Assembly (NCBI GenBank): GCA_965644295.1
Contig: CBFFRP010000108.1
Span: 287,093-351,092 of the forward strand
DNA length: 64,000 bases
DNA from: Paraphysomonas bandaiensis
Taxonomy: Eukaryota > Protista > Chrysophyceae
Direction: 5' to 3'
This document shows, one piece after another, positions 48,419 through 64,000 of the stretch (position 1 is its first letter; each line of letters begins with the position of its first letter). The notes under the pieces are model-generated. The model was given only the letters and a program-made list of their open reading frames with translations. It was not told the DNA's origin and searched no databases. The translations under genes were made by a program, and so were the position numbers.

Positions 48419-49762
48419 TTGATCTTGTAGTTTGCCTGCGTCTGTGTATGCCTTTTATTGTTGCGGTGGTGAACAACCAGCAGTATCTCGACAGTAGAGT
48501 GTAGACTATACTTATTTTTTCTGTTGTATTAAAAGTTTATAACCAAAAGTTGTGTATACTTTGATTGCCTTATGTGGTATTAGATTCGTCAAGAGCTCCG
48601 CTAAACCAGTTAATTCACTATAAGTCCTTACTTCTTCCAAGGGTAACCCCCCATGACTACATACTGCTTAAAGCATGCTGCCTTGAGAAGATACTTATCT
48701 TTAACCCTTACACCTTCATATCTCTAACCCTTACATGCTAGTAACTTCACCATGCACAAATCACTCTATGACAAATTTCAGATTTTGTTAATAGTTGATT
48801 TCGTTCGTAAGTGTAGCATATTCATCCGGCGGTGAAGAACTCCTATGGCGTAGATAAAATGTAATGATACAAATTGAGGTAATAATTTTTGTCCCATCCG
48901 TGTGGGTCAAGTAAGCTCTAACCAGATCTACACAATACATGCGTGGAAAAGGGTAGGATCAGAAGTGGTAAAATAAAGTCCTACATTTTGTTCCAGTATC
49001 ATCGTCCAGAAGTCAATAATGACACACTTTAAAATGTAGTCAATTGTACAAGACATCGGAGCATGCATCATACACTGACTCATAGAGTTTACTACCAACA
49101 AAACTGCATGCGATACCAATGACAAGTTAGAATAGACGAAACCTGAGGGCTCTGTCTTTTCCAGTCAGACATATATGAGTTGAGAACTCAGTGCTATGTG
49201 AAGTCCGTCATATTGATAGAGCACATAGCACTATGTGTGTGTGTAGTCTAATTGGACTGAAGTGACAACAACATACACACATAAGCAACCAGCTGACATC
49301 TCGAACAGCAAGTTGCAATCATTTTAAAGACATTTTCAACCCGTGGCTCTTACGATAATTCAAGACCATCATCATCATATTCATGGCTCAATGGATGTGC
49401 GTATATATATACTGTGCTGTGTACGTAATCGTGATAGGAAGCAGCTCGAGAAAAGGGACACAGTGGTGTGCTGTACACCGTGCCGTACACACACATACAC
49501 AGTCGTAGGCATTGTGGCGGTGTATACTGCAGTGTATACTCGTATACGTATATGGTATGTAGGAGTGTGATGTGTATGCTGCTGGTGTGTGTGTGTATGT
49601 ATGTATATACAGGCATCATCATCCATGCAGAGCACTCGCATACACACATACATACATATCTCAGCACATACATACATATATCAACACAGTGCAACACAAC
49701 ATCCCAAACCACCCTTCCCATCATCAACACCCCCCTCTCTCTCCCCCTGTATTATCGATTGA

Positions 49763-51294
49763 ATGGACCCTCTCTCTCTCGTGAGACAAGCAACAGTCCA
49801 CCACACTGCCGTCAATTATGTGGATGGGTTTTATATATTCGGCAAGCATAAGTTTCATGAGTCCACAAAAACAGCATTCAAAAGAACACATAAAAGTATT
49901 GATTTGATATCAAGATGCGTCTTGTCTGTGTTTAATCTGATGCGTGTACAGGCGGCGGCTATTACACCTTAAGGGATGTTATCTTCTTCCTCGAGAATGC
50001 TGACTTACAGCTCAGTGAATATCGTTTAAAAGTTAATGATGCGGGCGTTACTGCAGTCGTCATTCAGGATAGGGTCAATTTAAAGAAGTTTTTGACAGGA
50101 GAGATAGATACTTGTGACCAGATCGATATGTCGATCATTAATGCAGGCGCGCCCGTAGACAAGAGTGGAGAGTATTCCTCTCTGGAGAGTGGTAGTAGTG
50201 AATTGTCGAAGGAAAAAATGGAAGAATATCGCAAAAAGTATGCTGCTGATATTGATGAAGCTGTTCAAGCCTCATTTAAAAGTGCCACAGCACTGAGGTA
50301 AGAGCATTACAAACTGTAAAAGCTTTGGTTTATCTTACTCTGGCTTCTCAGCGCCGAGTCGTCCATCATGACCATGGATCCGGAGTTTTTGAAGGCAGAT
50401 AAGGTAGTTCTAAGTCGACTTCGTGCAGATGAGTTTGCAGCAACCACCCGTGGAAATGTACTTCGCAAACCAGGCGCGGTAAGATATATCTATGCAAAAT
50501 ACGCATGCCAGTGAATGACTATTTGCAGGACTTTTCCCATGCCCTGAAGTTGTTCAACAATCATGTGTTGAATGATGTCGGACAAGCCACCAAGACATCT
50601 CTGAAAAGGCCCCGAGAGGAAGCCACAGGGTCAGCCACCCCAGGCAAGTCTTCTAAGGCGGGTGGGGCCCCAAGTCCTGCCTCTGCCTCTGCCGCGGGTG
50701 GTGCGATTATCATCGTGCCTAATTCTCTGACCAGCACGTTTTGCAATCTAAACGCATTGGATTTACTTCGTGACGGGAAGTTTGTGACGGTTGAGGAAAA
50801 GAGGAGTCGTGGGACGCGACGAGAGCCAGAACAGAAGTAAGTCTCTAGCTGTTTTGAGTACTTTTTAATAGTCATGTTGTAATATCAGATTTGAGCACAC
50901 AATGAAAAACGGCAAGAAGATCAAATTCAGAGTACTTGACAATGGTTCCAAGCTACGAGACAGTGAATGGAATCGGGTGGCTGCCGTTTTTGCTCAGGGC
51001 CAGTCATGGCAATTCAAGGGCTGGAAGTGGTCCAACCCCGTTGAGCTATTCAACAATGTGTTCGGGATACATGTTGCCATGGACGACGAGGAGATTGACG
51101 CCAGTATACAGTCTTGGAACTGCAAGGTTTTAAAGGTACATGACATAAAGTATTGTAACTACGATGATTAATTTTACAAAATTGCACCATAGATCAATAA
51201 AACTAAACGGCATCTTGATGCGAGCTCTGTAAACGAATTTTGGGTGATATTAGAAGATTACCTTCGAGTGAACAAGCCGTGGCTGTTGCAGTAG
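49763..51294 (+). CDS. CDC73: Parafibromin/CDC73 (PAF1 complex subunit), multi-exon
   Basis: MDPLSLVRQ, IIIVPNS...NALDLLRDGKFV, WNRVAAVFAQGQSWQFKGWKW and KRHLD...FW. Confidence 0.93.
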
Positions 51295-52139
51295 AAGACC
51301 CATCACTTGTCAATAATATAGCATCCTGGTGACATAGGCCTGTGCCATAGACATAGTTACTGGTTCTAGTTATGTGGTCGTTGATTGAGTTGATCATTTG
51401 TGTGTGCTTGAGGGTGGTAGAGGTGTAGTTTAGTTGTATTGGTGACTCATACTTCTGTTTATTTAGGACATGGTAAATATACAATTCGTAATACTCACTA
51501 CCTTGCGCTTAATATTCACTATTAGTAACCCACTTGTCTGAATTGTTGCAGAGTTCAGCCATGTTATCAGCTCGTATCATGTGGAGAAGGGCTTAAATCT
51601 TAGAACTACTTGAGTAGTGGTTCTGGGAAATGGTGTAGTAGTAGAGTAACCTTCATACTGCCATGTTACTATGTTGTGGATGTGACTAACGATTATACAC
51701 GATGATGGTACGAAAAATCCTGCGACCCGTGACGATGGGGCATGTGGCTCGCTATTGACGTCCAGCATACGGCGAATAGAGTGTCATGGACCATGGACAG
51801 TGCCGTCCTTCAGACCTGCCCGAGAGTAGTGTATGGACTGTGTCCAGAGTCTAGAGAGAACAGTGTATGAGGATATGTAGCGCCCTTAATGGCCATCACC
51901 CTTAAGGCTATTTTAATGGCTATTATAATGGTGAGAAAGTTGGTCTCTCATTATAAATATTATTACATTTTGAGGAGTACTGTTTCTTTGAACGGTTGAT
52001 TACGTTTCTTTCCTTTTGATTTTGAGCTACAAGACTAAGTTCAGTTCATCGTTTCGAGGCCCTTATATTCTTGCGCTTTAATAGACTTCTGTGGAATGCA
52101 AGTACAGTTGAAGATGCTATTCGTGCTTGTAATCAGTAA

Positions 52140-52267
52140 CTAAATTAATTAGACAATAATTGGCAAGTAAATTGCAATTAGAATTGCGCGAGCCATAACT
52201 AATAATAGCAATTTAATTGCTAAAAAGCATTTGCAATTAAATTGCAACTTATTGCTACGCAGCCCTG
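52140..52267 (-). mobile_element. MITE/hAT-like terminal fragment (ends TACGCAGCCCTG; GCAATT-rich subterminal repeats)
   Basis: Same 12-bp terminus as 17797 in the opposite orientation, with repeated TTGCAATT/AATTGC motifs. Confidence 0.5.
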
Positions 52268-52676
52268 ATTAATTGTTCTTACACAGCCCTGTGGGATTCT
52301 GTCTTTGACGTTACAATACTACCGTATTATTCCCTTGCCCAGTAACGTTGTACTTTAAGAAGAGCGCAATGTCCAGTAGCAAATACACTACTAACTTCTA
52401 ACACCATGTCAATATGTCAATGCTATGAATGGGCCGTCATATACATCTATCATACGCTAAATCTTAAAATTCGCTACATTCTCGTTGTCCGTGTTCGGTA
52501 TAGCTGTTCATTGTTACCTACTGCCTACTGCATATCAGAACTTCACTTCGTTTTACGTTATGTACGTGCACTCAAGCACCTACAGGTAAAGACACTACCA
52601 CAGACTCGTTGCTATCCCAAATACATCAATTGCTACCACAAACCAAAAAATATATTGAATGAATGATATGTACTAG

Positions 52677-54680
52677 CTAGGTTTTCTTGTGCATTTTCGG
52701 TAACACAAGTAAACCTATTGTTCCTATAAATGTGAGAATCCCCAGGCCCTCCGACGCGTGTGCTATACTGATGTGTAACTTCGAAATTGCAGCAATGCTC
52801 AAAGTCGTGCTAGTATTGAATAGCGCGAACAGAACTCCATAGTTGCCTCCGCCATGTTTGCTTCCGAACATTTGCATAACAAGAGATGGGTAAAGGGCAA
52901 AGTTTCCTCCCTCGATAAAAAAAATTAAATAAGTCCACATCGCATAACCATTCTGAAAGAAAAACACTGTGAAGGAAATAAAGTTTGATATATATTACTC
53001 ACCTCTCCCAGAGTAACAGAGGCCGGATAAGTACAGAATATAAGTGCATATAATAAGTTCATCCCAATCAGCACCACCACACATCCACACCTATCACCCA
53101 ATGACCCCCAGACCACCCTACCAACGGTGTTACAGAGTGAAGCCACAGATCCCACCATAGACAGGAACGAATCATTGGAGAAATGCATCACTCCAAATGT
53201 GCGAAACGTGCCAGCAATATACATTCCTGCAAGATATGACCGTGCGCTTGAGTACAAATGATCAGGTGCATACCTCCTAGTGTCGTAAGAAAGAAGCATG
53301 TTACTACATGCCACGAGGAAGTGTGAAAGAGGAGGTCTCGAGGAGATATATCCCTTTCATCTTCCGAGGATGGTACCACTACACTACCCTCCCCGCCAGT
53401 ACCTAAAAATGACGGGGTGGGCAGCGGAGAGTGTATACCAGTACTCCCTTCCACACCACCCTCTGAGCTACCATCCACTCCAATACGAGCGAAATGCTTG
53501 TCCATACTGCTGTCTAAAACCGTAGTAACACTCGGTATACGCTTCATCAGCGTCGCACCCTTTGTATCGCAAAAAACACCGTCAGTGAAAGAACGTTCGC
53601 CTTCGATCGACGCAACTTCAATATCCTTGACTGCGGACTCAATGTTACAGGCTGTTCTTTGAATTGAAGCAACTAGACTGCCATTGCGACTAAGAGAACG
53701 GCTATCAAGTACACTTTCGTTGCTGCAACTATCTGGCAAAAGATCAACAGCGTCGCCTTCCATATGAACATCACCTATAAACCAAAATACTTGTTGTCAC
53801 ACCATCATATTACAAGCAAGGTTGAAATACCTCCGGAAGTGAACTTGAAATACTCTATTTCACTATAGGGGTAGACCAAGAGCGCACCGATGGAGACTAA
53901 GATAAAATAAAGCGCACTCAGAGTACGATACATGCCAGGCACGCTTAGTGGGATAGCATGGTCAGGCGGGTAGTATATGCCTCCAGAACCAGCTGCAGCA
54001 GCGGCACTAACTCCCAAAGGATTGGCATAACGATTAGCAACGACACTATAAGCAGTAAACAGCAACAAGAAGAGTTACAGAGGCATCAGGAAAGTCACAC
54101 AGTATATACCTAAAAAATGCGGCACCAACACCAATGCCGGCAATAACGATTCCTGTCAGAAGACCTTTGCGTTGAGGTAGCCAACGGACTGCACATGAAA
54201 ATGGAGCGGCATACGCAATACCAAATCCTGTGCCAAACAGAATACCCTGCGACGCAATGAATACATCAAAGTTTGCTTATGAATGTGACTTACTTGTGTC
54301 AAAAGAAGAAAGTGGAGCGATGACGCATACGATGCAAGTAATGCTGCAACAGCCACCATGTATCCGCCAATAAGAACACAAGCTCTCGTTCCAACTAGTT
54401 TCTCCACGTACCCACTGCAGAGCATGGAAATTCCATTGAACATGAGTGCTGTTATATACACGAATATCGTATCAGTATAAGTTAACGACGAATCGAATTT
54501 TCTTAAGTATGATGTGACGATAGGAGTTATGTTCCCCCACAAGTACACAGTGCCGAGAACCATGTGAACCATGAAGCCGCCCAGCGCAGTCCTCCATGCG
54601 GGGTTAATGCGGCGGGCCTGACTCTTGTAGTCGTCAGGCACCACAGAGACAGGCAGTGGGACCCCTATTATATCCTCCAT
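52677..54680 (-). CDS. MFS transporter, oxalate:formate antiporter (OFA/OxlT)/MCT-like, multi-exon
   Basis: HMVLGTVYLWGN, GYVEKLVGTR, a long central loop, NTVGRVVWGSLGDR and GGNFALYP...FGSKHGGGNYGVLF. Confidence 0.88.
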
Positions 54681-55435
54681 TAGAGATAAACGGCTGTATG
54701 AATGAGATTATATGAGATCAGATCAGTTGAGGGGATCTGCTGTGCTGTGCTCTAGAATAATAACACACTCACTCGACACGAGCACCAGATGTTATATATG
54801 GACATATACACACATACGTAGAGGCAGAGGCAGATGTATGATATGGCGACCACAGTTAATACAATACGATTATATTATGCTTCCATGTATATATATGTAT
54901 GTTCCATTGAAGTGCATACGCATACGCATACTCATAATAAGGCCCAGCCTCAGATCCACTGCCTGCTATGTATGTACTACAGTACTACAGTACAGTGTAC
55001 AGTCAGTGTAGGTTAGAGGTACAGAGATTGTACAAGTACATGTCACTTCATTCCCTGGGCTGTCATTGGTCCAGCTCTTCCTCACATTCACTATACACAT
55101 ATTTAATCCAATCATTATAAATGTATAATTTTTATCGTTATCTTATTGGTTATTTTAATCCTTCCGTTTTACGATTTAAAATATTGGACGAATATTTCAG
55201 TATTCAGTTTTCAGTTATTGAAAACTGAAATGAAAAACTGAAAAAGTGACACATGGTGTTGTCTGATGAATCTCGACATTGTACTGGTCTGTGGTCGGTA
55301 CTCTGTACAGTGTACAGCAGTAGTCGTAGTATCCTATGAGGCCTACACTGCAGCAACCAAACACACCAGTGTTCCACCAGTGTCCCTCCCATTAAAGTGG
55401 TTCTTCAGAATACAACTGAGAGAAAAACAACAATC

Positions 55436-56956
<1,521 letters not shown>

Positions 56957-57878
56957 CACTGTTCCCTTTTACTCTGTGCAGCTCCAAACTTGGTTATATT
57001 TGAAACTTTGTTAGTGTACAACTCCACCAGCAGATGTATTTTGTTTGCATTGCTGTTTGACTTAAACTTCAGCTAATAATAGCATTTGTATTCTCGAATG
57101 ATAAATTATAACGTCATTCGGTTTACTGTAAGTATTTGACCACTCCCGACCAGAATGAAGTCATTATCGGTATTCATACACTGCCCTCTTCCCATTATAT
57201 AAGCAAGCTCATTGCATACTTCTGTTCCACTTTTGATAAGGCAAATTAATTTAATCACGTGTCGAAGGTGTTAAACCGGTATACTGTATACTGTAGGGAT
57301 ATAACAACTCATGATATAGTTGATATCAATAACGAGTGGTAAATATACATCTAAATATCTGCCTGCGATATGCTTTATTGTATAATCTCTTATCTAAATA
57401 TAGATACATAATATCATATGATAAATGTTTACGGGATAGCTTTCTCTTTCCTATTATAGCTTTTACACTGCTCCGGTCAACTAAACTAGCATTAGCTATT
57501 GCTATCACATACTACCTAAAAATGTCACATCAACACCCGACGAACTTCTATCTTCTATTGACATATCTCAACATAATCAACCATGAGAATCCTGTACGAT
57601 ACACGAGGTTGAGAAATGAGAAAGGCCTTCACATTTTCAAGACGTGCAAATACTTAATATTCCTCTGGTAATTGATAATATTTATCAGTTTTATTCATTA
57701 ACGCTTCAGCCTGAGTTTAAGCATTTAGTAAGAAGTTATATTTACTATCTACTACACGAAAGCGGTTGCTATTGCCGTCAAATGATTGTCATAAGGTATA
57801 CGAATAAAACTACAACAAACACGACAAACACACATATCTAATGTGTAGTTAATCTATACATTGGCTATGTATGCAGAA

Positions 57879-59092
57879 CTATGCTTTGCCACTTCCTGCA
57901 GATGCATATATATTCTCCATCTCCTCAGGGGAAACATTCGTTTTAAAATCCATAGTATACGCTGAGGCATCATCAACCGTACCACTAGAGCTCCTACCCA
58001 TGAGTATGGATGCGAATCCTTTCTTGATCTTCGTCTTGGTACCCTGTCGGCTTTCTATGTGACCAAACCCTTTATACTTCACAATGCAGTTCTTCTGATG
58101 GCACATCACTCGGTGGACTGCGACTTCATTAAAATTTTCGATACGCGCGCATGGGGCAATGTCATCAACTCTTACATTGGGTGCCCTGAATACATCCAAA
58201 ATAATTCAGCATATATCACTACATAGTATCAGATCATAGTATTGAACTACGTGTCGAAGAAATATTCACATATTCAATGGGCAATGTCTTCGCTTCATGC
58301 ACAGGGAGTACCTGGGGTCATAAATAATGGAGCATCCCCCTCTTGGTGTAAGGTGTGAGTTGGTGTGTAGTATCATGACATCCAATCCAGGCACAGTCGG
58401 TGGAAATTCCGCATAAACACTTTCGTGTGGAAGCACTGTATACCACCATCAGGTACCATTCATTTCCCATACTTATGCCTTCCTTACCTGCCTTGTAGGA
58501 CGGTTTTGAGCACTCTCGGTATACATCTCCGCCTGTTACCACCACACGCACCGCACATATACTATCCGTTTTGTTTGTCAACTGAAAGTAACCAGCTTGG
58601 TGAGCTGCCATCCTATCAGCACGTTTAAAGGCGGCTTCCTCGTCTTCCCCATACAACGACCCCTCGTATAGAGGTATTGGTTGAGCATTAAGAACCGGCA
58701 TCGTGGAACGGTTAGCAGCCTCCATCTCCTTTGCCATTTGTCGCACAATGTTTCCAGGAGTTTCACCGAGGCGACACCCCAGACACGCTCGTATACGCTC
58801 AGGAATACCCGGTAACTGTTGATTATTCGGAGCGCAGTTCTCGCAGTATATGCCTCCACACCCTCTGCAGTGGTGCTTTCGAAGAGTTAAATTAAAATCA
58901 TTCCCACAGCAACGGCAACTTGACACGGCGTTATCTTCTTCCCATGAGACCTACAGAGAGAGCAGTAGAGGACACTGTAAGAGATAGTGTGGCACAGTAT
59001 GCATAGACTCATCGTACATTATGGAAATCAGACAGCTCTTCACGATGCTCCTTAGAAAACTTTCCCACGAAGGCATCGAAAAATGACGCCAT
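57879..59092 (-). CDS. FYVE-domain protein, multi-exon
   Basis: Spliced MASFFDAF...FHN|VSWEEDNAVSSCRCC...RKHHCRGCGGIYCENC...RACLGC, with canonical WxxD and RKHHCR motifs. Confidence 0.88.
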
Positions 59093-59196
59093 TATTTATA
59101 TATGTTCCTACAGAGGACTGCGTTAATCTGTACGGAAGTAACCGCATGATACATAACATAACAACTAGATACACTGACTATGCACATCTCCTGCTG

Positions 59197-59500
59197 TACC
59201 TACCTACCTACCTACCTACCTACATACATACATACATACGTACCTGTACATGCATACATACGTACATACATACATACATACATACATACATACATACATA
59301 CATACATACATACATACATACATACATACATACATACATACATACATACTGTACATACATACATACATACATACATACATACATACATACATACATACAT
59401 ACATACATACATACATACATACATACATACATACATACATACATACATACATACATACATACATACATACCTACCTACCTACCTACCTACCTACATACAT
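59197..59500. repeat. (CATA)n array flanked on both sides by (CCTA)n units, in a divergent intergenic region
   Basis: Directly visible, about 300 bp. Confidence 0.97.
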
Positions 59501-59635
59501 ATACAGCTATACAGCACTATCTATATCTCTGTACGTTGTCCTGGGTGTGTAGTGTGTAGATATACGCATGGCTGTCTTTGTCCTTCACAGACGGACGCAG
59601 AATATGCATCCTCTACATAGATATGACTATCAGGC

Positions 59636-61182
59636 ATGAATAGTCCTTCCATATTTATCCTTTGTATAATTAGTTCGGTGTGTTGCGGTAGACTTCCTGT
59701 GATCCCAGGATGGCAGAGAAACGTCCTATCGACTGTGCGCAATGTACAGGGATACTTGCAGCGTGGTCGTAGAGGCGCTGCGCTGTGTCGGGCCTTTGGA
59801 TTTGATTCTTTTGAAGGTAGAAGAGTCGCAAGCATGCTGTTTAAGGGGTTCGACGCATGCTCTTACGTGGATGTCAGTTTCGGTGATTTTGATATGCGTA
59901 TTCTTCAAGTGGATAATCCCGATGAGTTCTTCGATATATTTGAAGGGGATATTTCTATCGGTCATGCACTTAGGGCGGAGATCATGGTAGAGAATAGTTC
60001 TCTTGTCGCCAATATTCGCGCTCTGGTCGAGAGCAAGGCGAGGAATAATCGCAGTGCGCGACTGGTGGTTCTGGTTCCCCGCTCTGTTAAAGATGGTGAC
60101 GATCGAGCAGCTGAGCAACGCCTAAGAGAGATAGTGGGTGACATATGGATTTCGACAAAGTGTGATGTTGGAACAGAACCTCCTATTGTGGAGGTATTGG
60201 GATATGAACCCGGTATAGACCCGGTGAAAATTGCTTCATTGCGTCGAGTACTCTTTCTGACAGCTGTCCGGATGCTTACAAGCCAACCACACCCCCAAAC
60301 GAAAAGAATAGGCACGATTTATAGAGTAGCTGCGGCTTCAAATCTTCTCAAGCGGAGACTTCTATATGCGGCAGCACCAGTATACCCCGTCATCAGGACA
60401 GCTCGGGAACATTGGACTAGAAACTTATTAGAAAATCGTCTTATGGATGTGGACTCTGTCCCGGATATCTTCAGAGTTATAATGGATTCAGATATTATTG
60501 GATCTAATTCCTCCATTATAGGGCCAATGAAAGAAGCAATTAGCAGTACAAAATGCGAAGTGCCTTCTAATATACGCTTGAATTCTGGATTGAAGCAGGT
60601 ACTGACGAGAGAATTCCATAAAAGCGTCGACGTCATTGAGGACAGAGTAATAGAAAATTTAGAAAACGAACTAAGAAATCTAGAAGAAGAGCTTAGTTAT
60701 AAAGAATGTTTAAACATTGAAGACATACTATGGCGACTAGAACGCAATGCAACAACAACCTTTGCAAGAGCAGCAGAGGAAATGAAGCGAGGTAAAGTGC
60801 TACACATGGTAAAAACTTACATCTTTTATTTTTCTTCATTTTTATAGACTTTGTTCAACAACTGGTTCCGCCACTAGGATTGTCATCTTCTGTGATCCGT
60901 AGTATTACTGTGCGATACCCTTGGATTAATCCTTTCCTTCGCGGAATGTTTGTATACAGTCTTCATGCTGTTCGGTTAAGAGCCAAGGTTGCAGAGTTGA
61001 TGGAGGAAACCAAGGATCGATTAGTGGCAAAAAATTTATATCGTGAGAAGTCACGTTGGCCTTCTGGATGGGTGTCTTTAATCATTACTATACCGCGAAC
61101 CAGTTTCTTCTTAGCCCGTCAGCATACTCCATCATCGTGTCCGCCATCTCCAACAGATACGCCGAAAAGAGAGCTAGAATAA
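59636..61182 (+). CDS. Hypothetical protein with N-terminal signal peptide followed by an Arg-rich segment (possible bipartite targeting); at least 2 exons
   Basis: 403-aa first ORF beginning MNSPSIFILCIISSVCCG. An intron at about 60792-60847 joins in frame to the 60880 ORF. The 3' end is uncertain. Confidence 0.65.
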
Positions 61183-62364
61183 GAACTCATTCATGTTCAA
61201 ACAATTATAATTATCTGCTAATAGTTGTGTGTTGTTGCAAAAGTGATATTTTTGAAGCATGGGCAGTTCAGAATTAGTAATTGCTTTGTTAGTATTTTAT
61301 GTGCTCGATTTGTCTATTTATAACGACTGAATATATTAAACAAGTGCGTTTTATTTATTTGTGAGGGATCTATTTCTACTTACTGCACAGTAGTGCCGCT
61401 ATTTACTGTCCCATATTCTTGCCGAGTTCAACATAGAATTAATTTGAGATAACTTGATGGTGTTACAATATCGTCTTCGAGATGTCCCACATTACGGTTA
61501 GGGGACAGCATATTTGAGCCAATATTACTGACGCAGCCTCAAATATATTCTCAATCCCTACTACCACATGAACTTATATACGTATTTTTAATTGTATATA
61601 TGTGAATATCGATTAGAATGATATTGTTTTAGACTGTCATGGTAAGGGATAAGGGAAGTCGCATTTCTTCTAAAATGAGATCTATTACTAAGCTAAGGAG
61701 GTCTATAAAGCCTATTCTGAGATGAATAGAAGTATAACAGCTCAATCAAACTCTCTATTGCTTTAATTACTACAGTTTATGTAATTTTATATTATGGTAT
61801 TGTGTGCCTGAAATATAGAGCTTTTCTTAACATCCAAATAGATTCTTAACATATGATGTCGTCAAGTTAGAATTGACCACGATATTCAAGAAGTATGCAA
61901 ACAACAAATTTCTACTAGCATAGTGAATGTTTTCACTGTTGGGTTGAATTAAGATGCAGCATACGCACTCACTGTGAGCGCTGCGCAGGATATATCGTCA
62001 ATCCCAATATCTGATGAACCCAACAGGAGAGAGCAGTCTATCCATCCTAGACAACGATTGTTCAATGCATAGTGTATGGTAGCAGGTGTCAACGGATACC
62101 AACTGCACATGAACGTGGGATTGAGATCTTGTATGAGGAGTGTACCGGTATACGCTACTGTATTACCATAGTCTATTGTATACCTCTGTACTTCTGTAGT
62201 TCTCCATAGTACATATAATACAGTGACGTATACAGCATCAGTGGGATATCTCACACTGTCGTAGCTATGAGCGAGTTGACAGACGCACTGGACTGCACTG
62301 GCTGTTCAGATGACTGACAGGCAGGTCGCTGAAGGGCTTATGGGTGAGTGAGCCCTTCCTATGA

Positions 62365-63144
62365 ATGGATCGTAGTGGAAAAAATAAAGTGCTGCGAAGA
62401 CCAAGCACAACAATCCTGATCATCTTACTGGTGATTCAGATATGTGCAGTGATCGTGTATGCAGTGATCAATAGTGATGCTGTAGGCACCGCACACACCA
62501 CAGATACATGCAGCGGACCACCTCCGAAACCAATTCCAACCATTAAATCACGAAGACAAGTGGGAAATATCATTCTTGAACACGAGAAATTAGAGATAGG
62601 GGCGGAGTTAGGAGTGTATCGCGGAGACTTCTCGTTGACCACTCTCTCCAGATGGCCGAGCTGTAAGAAGTATGTCCTTGTAGACTTATGGGGCCATCAA
62701 GAGAATTATAAAGACAATAGTAACCTTCAGAACGAGAAACACTCTGAGAATTATAGATTCACAATGTCCAGGCTTTCGAATTACAGTAAAGTATTGGAAG
62801 TCTGCCAAAATTACACCACAGTATGTGCGACACGTTACCCGGACAATTTCTTTGACTTTATATATGTCGATGCCAGACATGATTACAAGGGTGTTTTGGT
62901 TGATCTTCATACGTGGTGGCCCAAACTCAAAAGAGGTGGAATCATTGGTGGGCATGACTACGTAACACAGAATGATGGTCCTATGCAGTCCGGACAAGAC
63001 TGGACAATTAATTTCGATGGTACAAGAGATAAGTTGGGACGGGCTGTAAAGGGAGCTGTCGATGAATTTGCGAGCAGTATATGTCGCCAAGTAGTTGTAA
63101 CATATCGAGATTTGCATTACAATACATGGTTGATCCGTAAATAA
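62365..63144 (+). CDS. Type II membrane class I SAM-dependent methyltransferase (Methyltransf_24-like)
   Basis: N-terminal TM segment, motif I GAELGVYRGDFS, VDLW, and FDFIYVDARHDY...LKRGGIIGGHDY. Confidence 0.88.
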   Translation: MDRSGKNKVLRRPSTTILIILLVIQICAVIVYAVINSDAVGTAHTTDTCSGPPPKPIPTIKSRRQVGNIILEHEKLEIGAELGVYRGDFSLTTLSRWPSCKKYVLVDLWGHQENYKDNSNLQNEKHSENYRFTMSRLSNYSKVLEVCQNYTTVCATRYPDNFFDFIYVDARHDYKGVLVDLHTWWPKLKRGGIIGGHDYVTQNDGPMQSGQDWTINFDGTRDKLGRAVKGAVDEFASSICRQVVVTYRDLHYNTWLIRK

Positions 63145-64000
63145 TTACAATCATCTGAGTGAGAACCTGTTATTGGCACACAGCTGATTTAAAAATCTCA
63201 TGAACAGTGTGTATGTATTTCTTGCAACAACCTATATTTTGTATGCGGTAGAAGCTGTAATCAAGCAAGAGTGGATAATGTATTTAACTATACGGTATAT
63301 AAAGTTGATATAGTGAAGAAGTAAGAGAGACACTAAGCCAGATGACAGAAACGTCAATAATGATGTAAAATATAACTCATGTATTATGTATACTATATAG
63401 TGTTACTAAGTTGTTACTAAGTGTGAATAGAAGTAAGTGTTACTAAGTTGATTTTAATGTCGCCTGACAGAATAATATCATGATGGCGGATCAGGCTAAA
63501 ATGGGTGGGTTATCTCGTCACTGGCTCAAATCTGCAGAGGAAGCACCTATCGAAGACTGCATTAAAATAATCTTGTCTCTGTAGCATATGTGCCAGATCA
63601 AAGATTACGAGAGTTTCGTTTCACACAAAGGAGGATACGGATGTCAAGCCGGACATATCGGCTGATGTGCAAGTATTTCTGAATACTCCCGCTCGAGGTG
63701 ATGATGTGGGCTTGCATACATATGTGTATGTGTGCAAAGCAATACCCAAGTACAGAAGTACAAAATAATGATTATTATCGTATAATGAATCATGAATACT
63801 AATACTGTCTACAATATCAACGGCTAATAATACTGTCTACAATATCAACGGCTATTGCTAATCCCAACAACAATCACATTCCCTACAGTTTGTATTCCTA
63901 ACTACATGGTACACGTATACAATACAGTACTGTACTACTAATCATATAATACAGGACATGTACACGTATATATTCTATATGTAAGTGGATAGTCCTACAC

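Noticed and set aside
63400-63855. Short direct repeats (GTGTTACTAAGTTG; TAATACTGTCTACAATATCAACGGCTA x2)
   Set aside because: These are ordinary local slippage duplications with no further structure.

Overview
This is eukaryotic nuclear DNA from a compact, gene-dense genome with short (mostly 45-65 nt) GT-AG introns. The gene content and style suggest a protist, probably a stramenopile (inference only). About 22 protein-coding loci can be modelled. Recognisable ones are eEF2, an eIF4E-family protein, NF-YC, CDC73, GalE, a GBP-family GTPase ending in CaaX, acid ceramidase/NAAA, a GT14 glycosyltransferase, a CUE-PDZ-PX-VPS9 protein, two FYVE proteins, an OFA-type MFS transporter and a SAM methyltransferase. 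A convergent tRNA pair (intron-containing tRNA-His-GTG and tRNA-Leu-CAG) sits near the start. The most notable observations are: (1) one gene fuses a CREST/alkaline-ceramidase-like hydrolase to a TLC/Lag1 ceramide-synthase domain, about 3 kb from an acid ceramidase gene; (2) a ~480-bp non-coding, hairpin-rich dispersed element occurs three times, with a sharp shared left boundary and a compensatory base-pair change; (3) all four long (TATG)n arrays lie in head-to-head promoter regions; (4) a frameshifted PD-(D/E)xK nuclease-kinase (Crinkler-like) gene lies in a repeat island; (5) a pogo/Tc1-like deletion derivative sits just upstream of eEF2. All domain calls come from recognising motifs by eye, and no searches were run.
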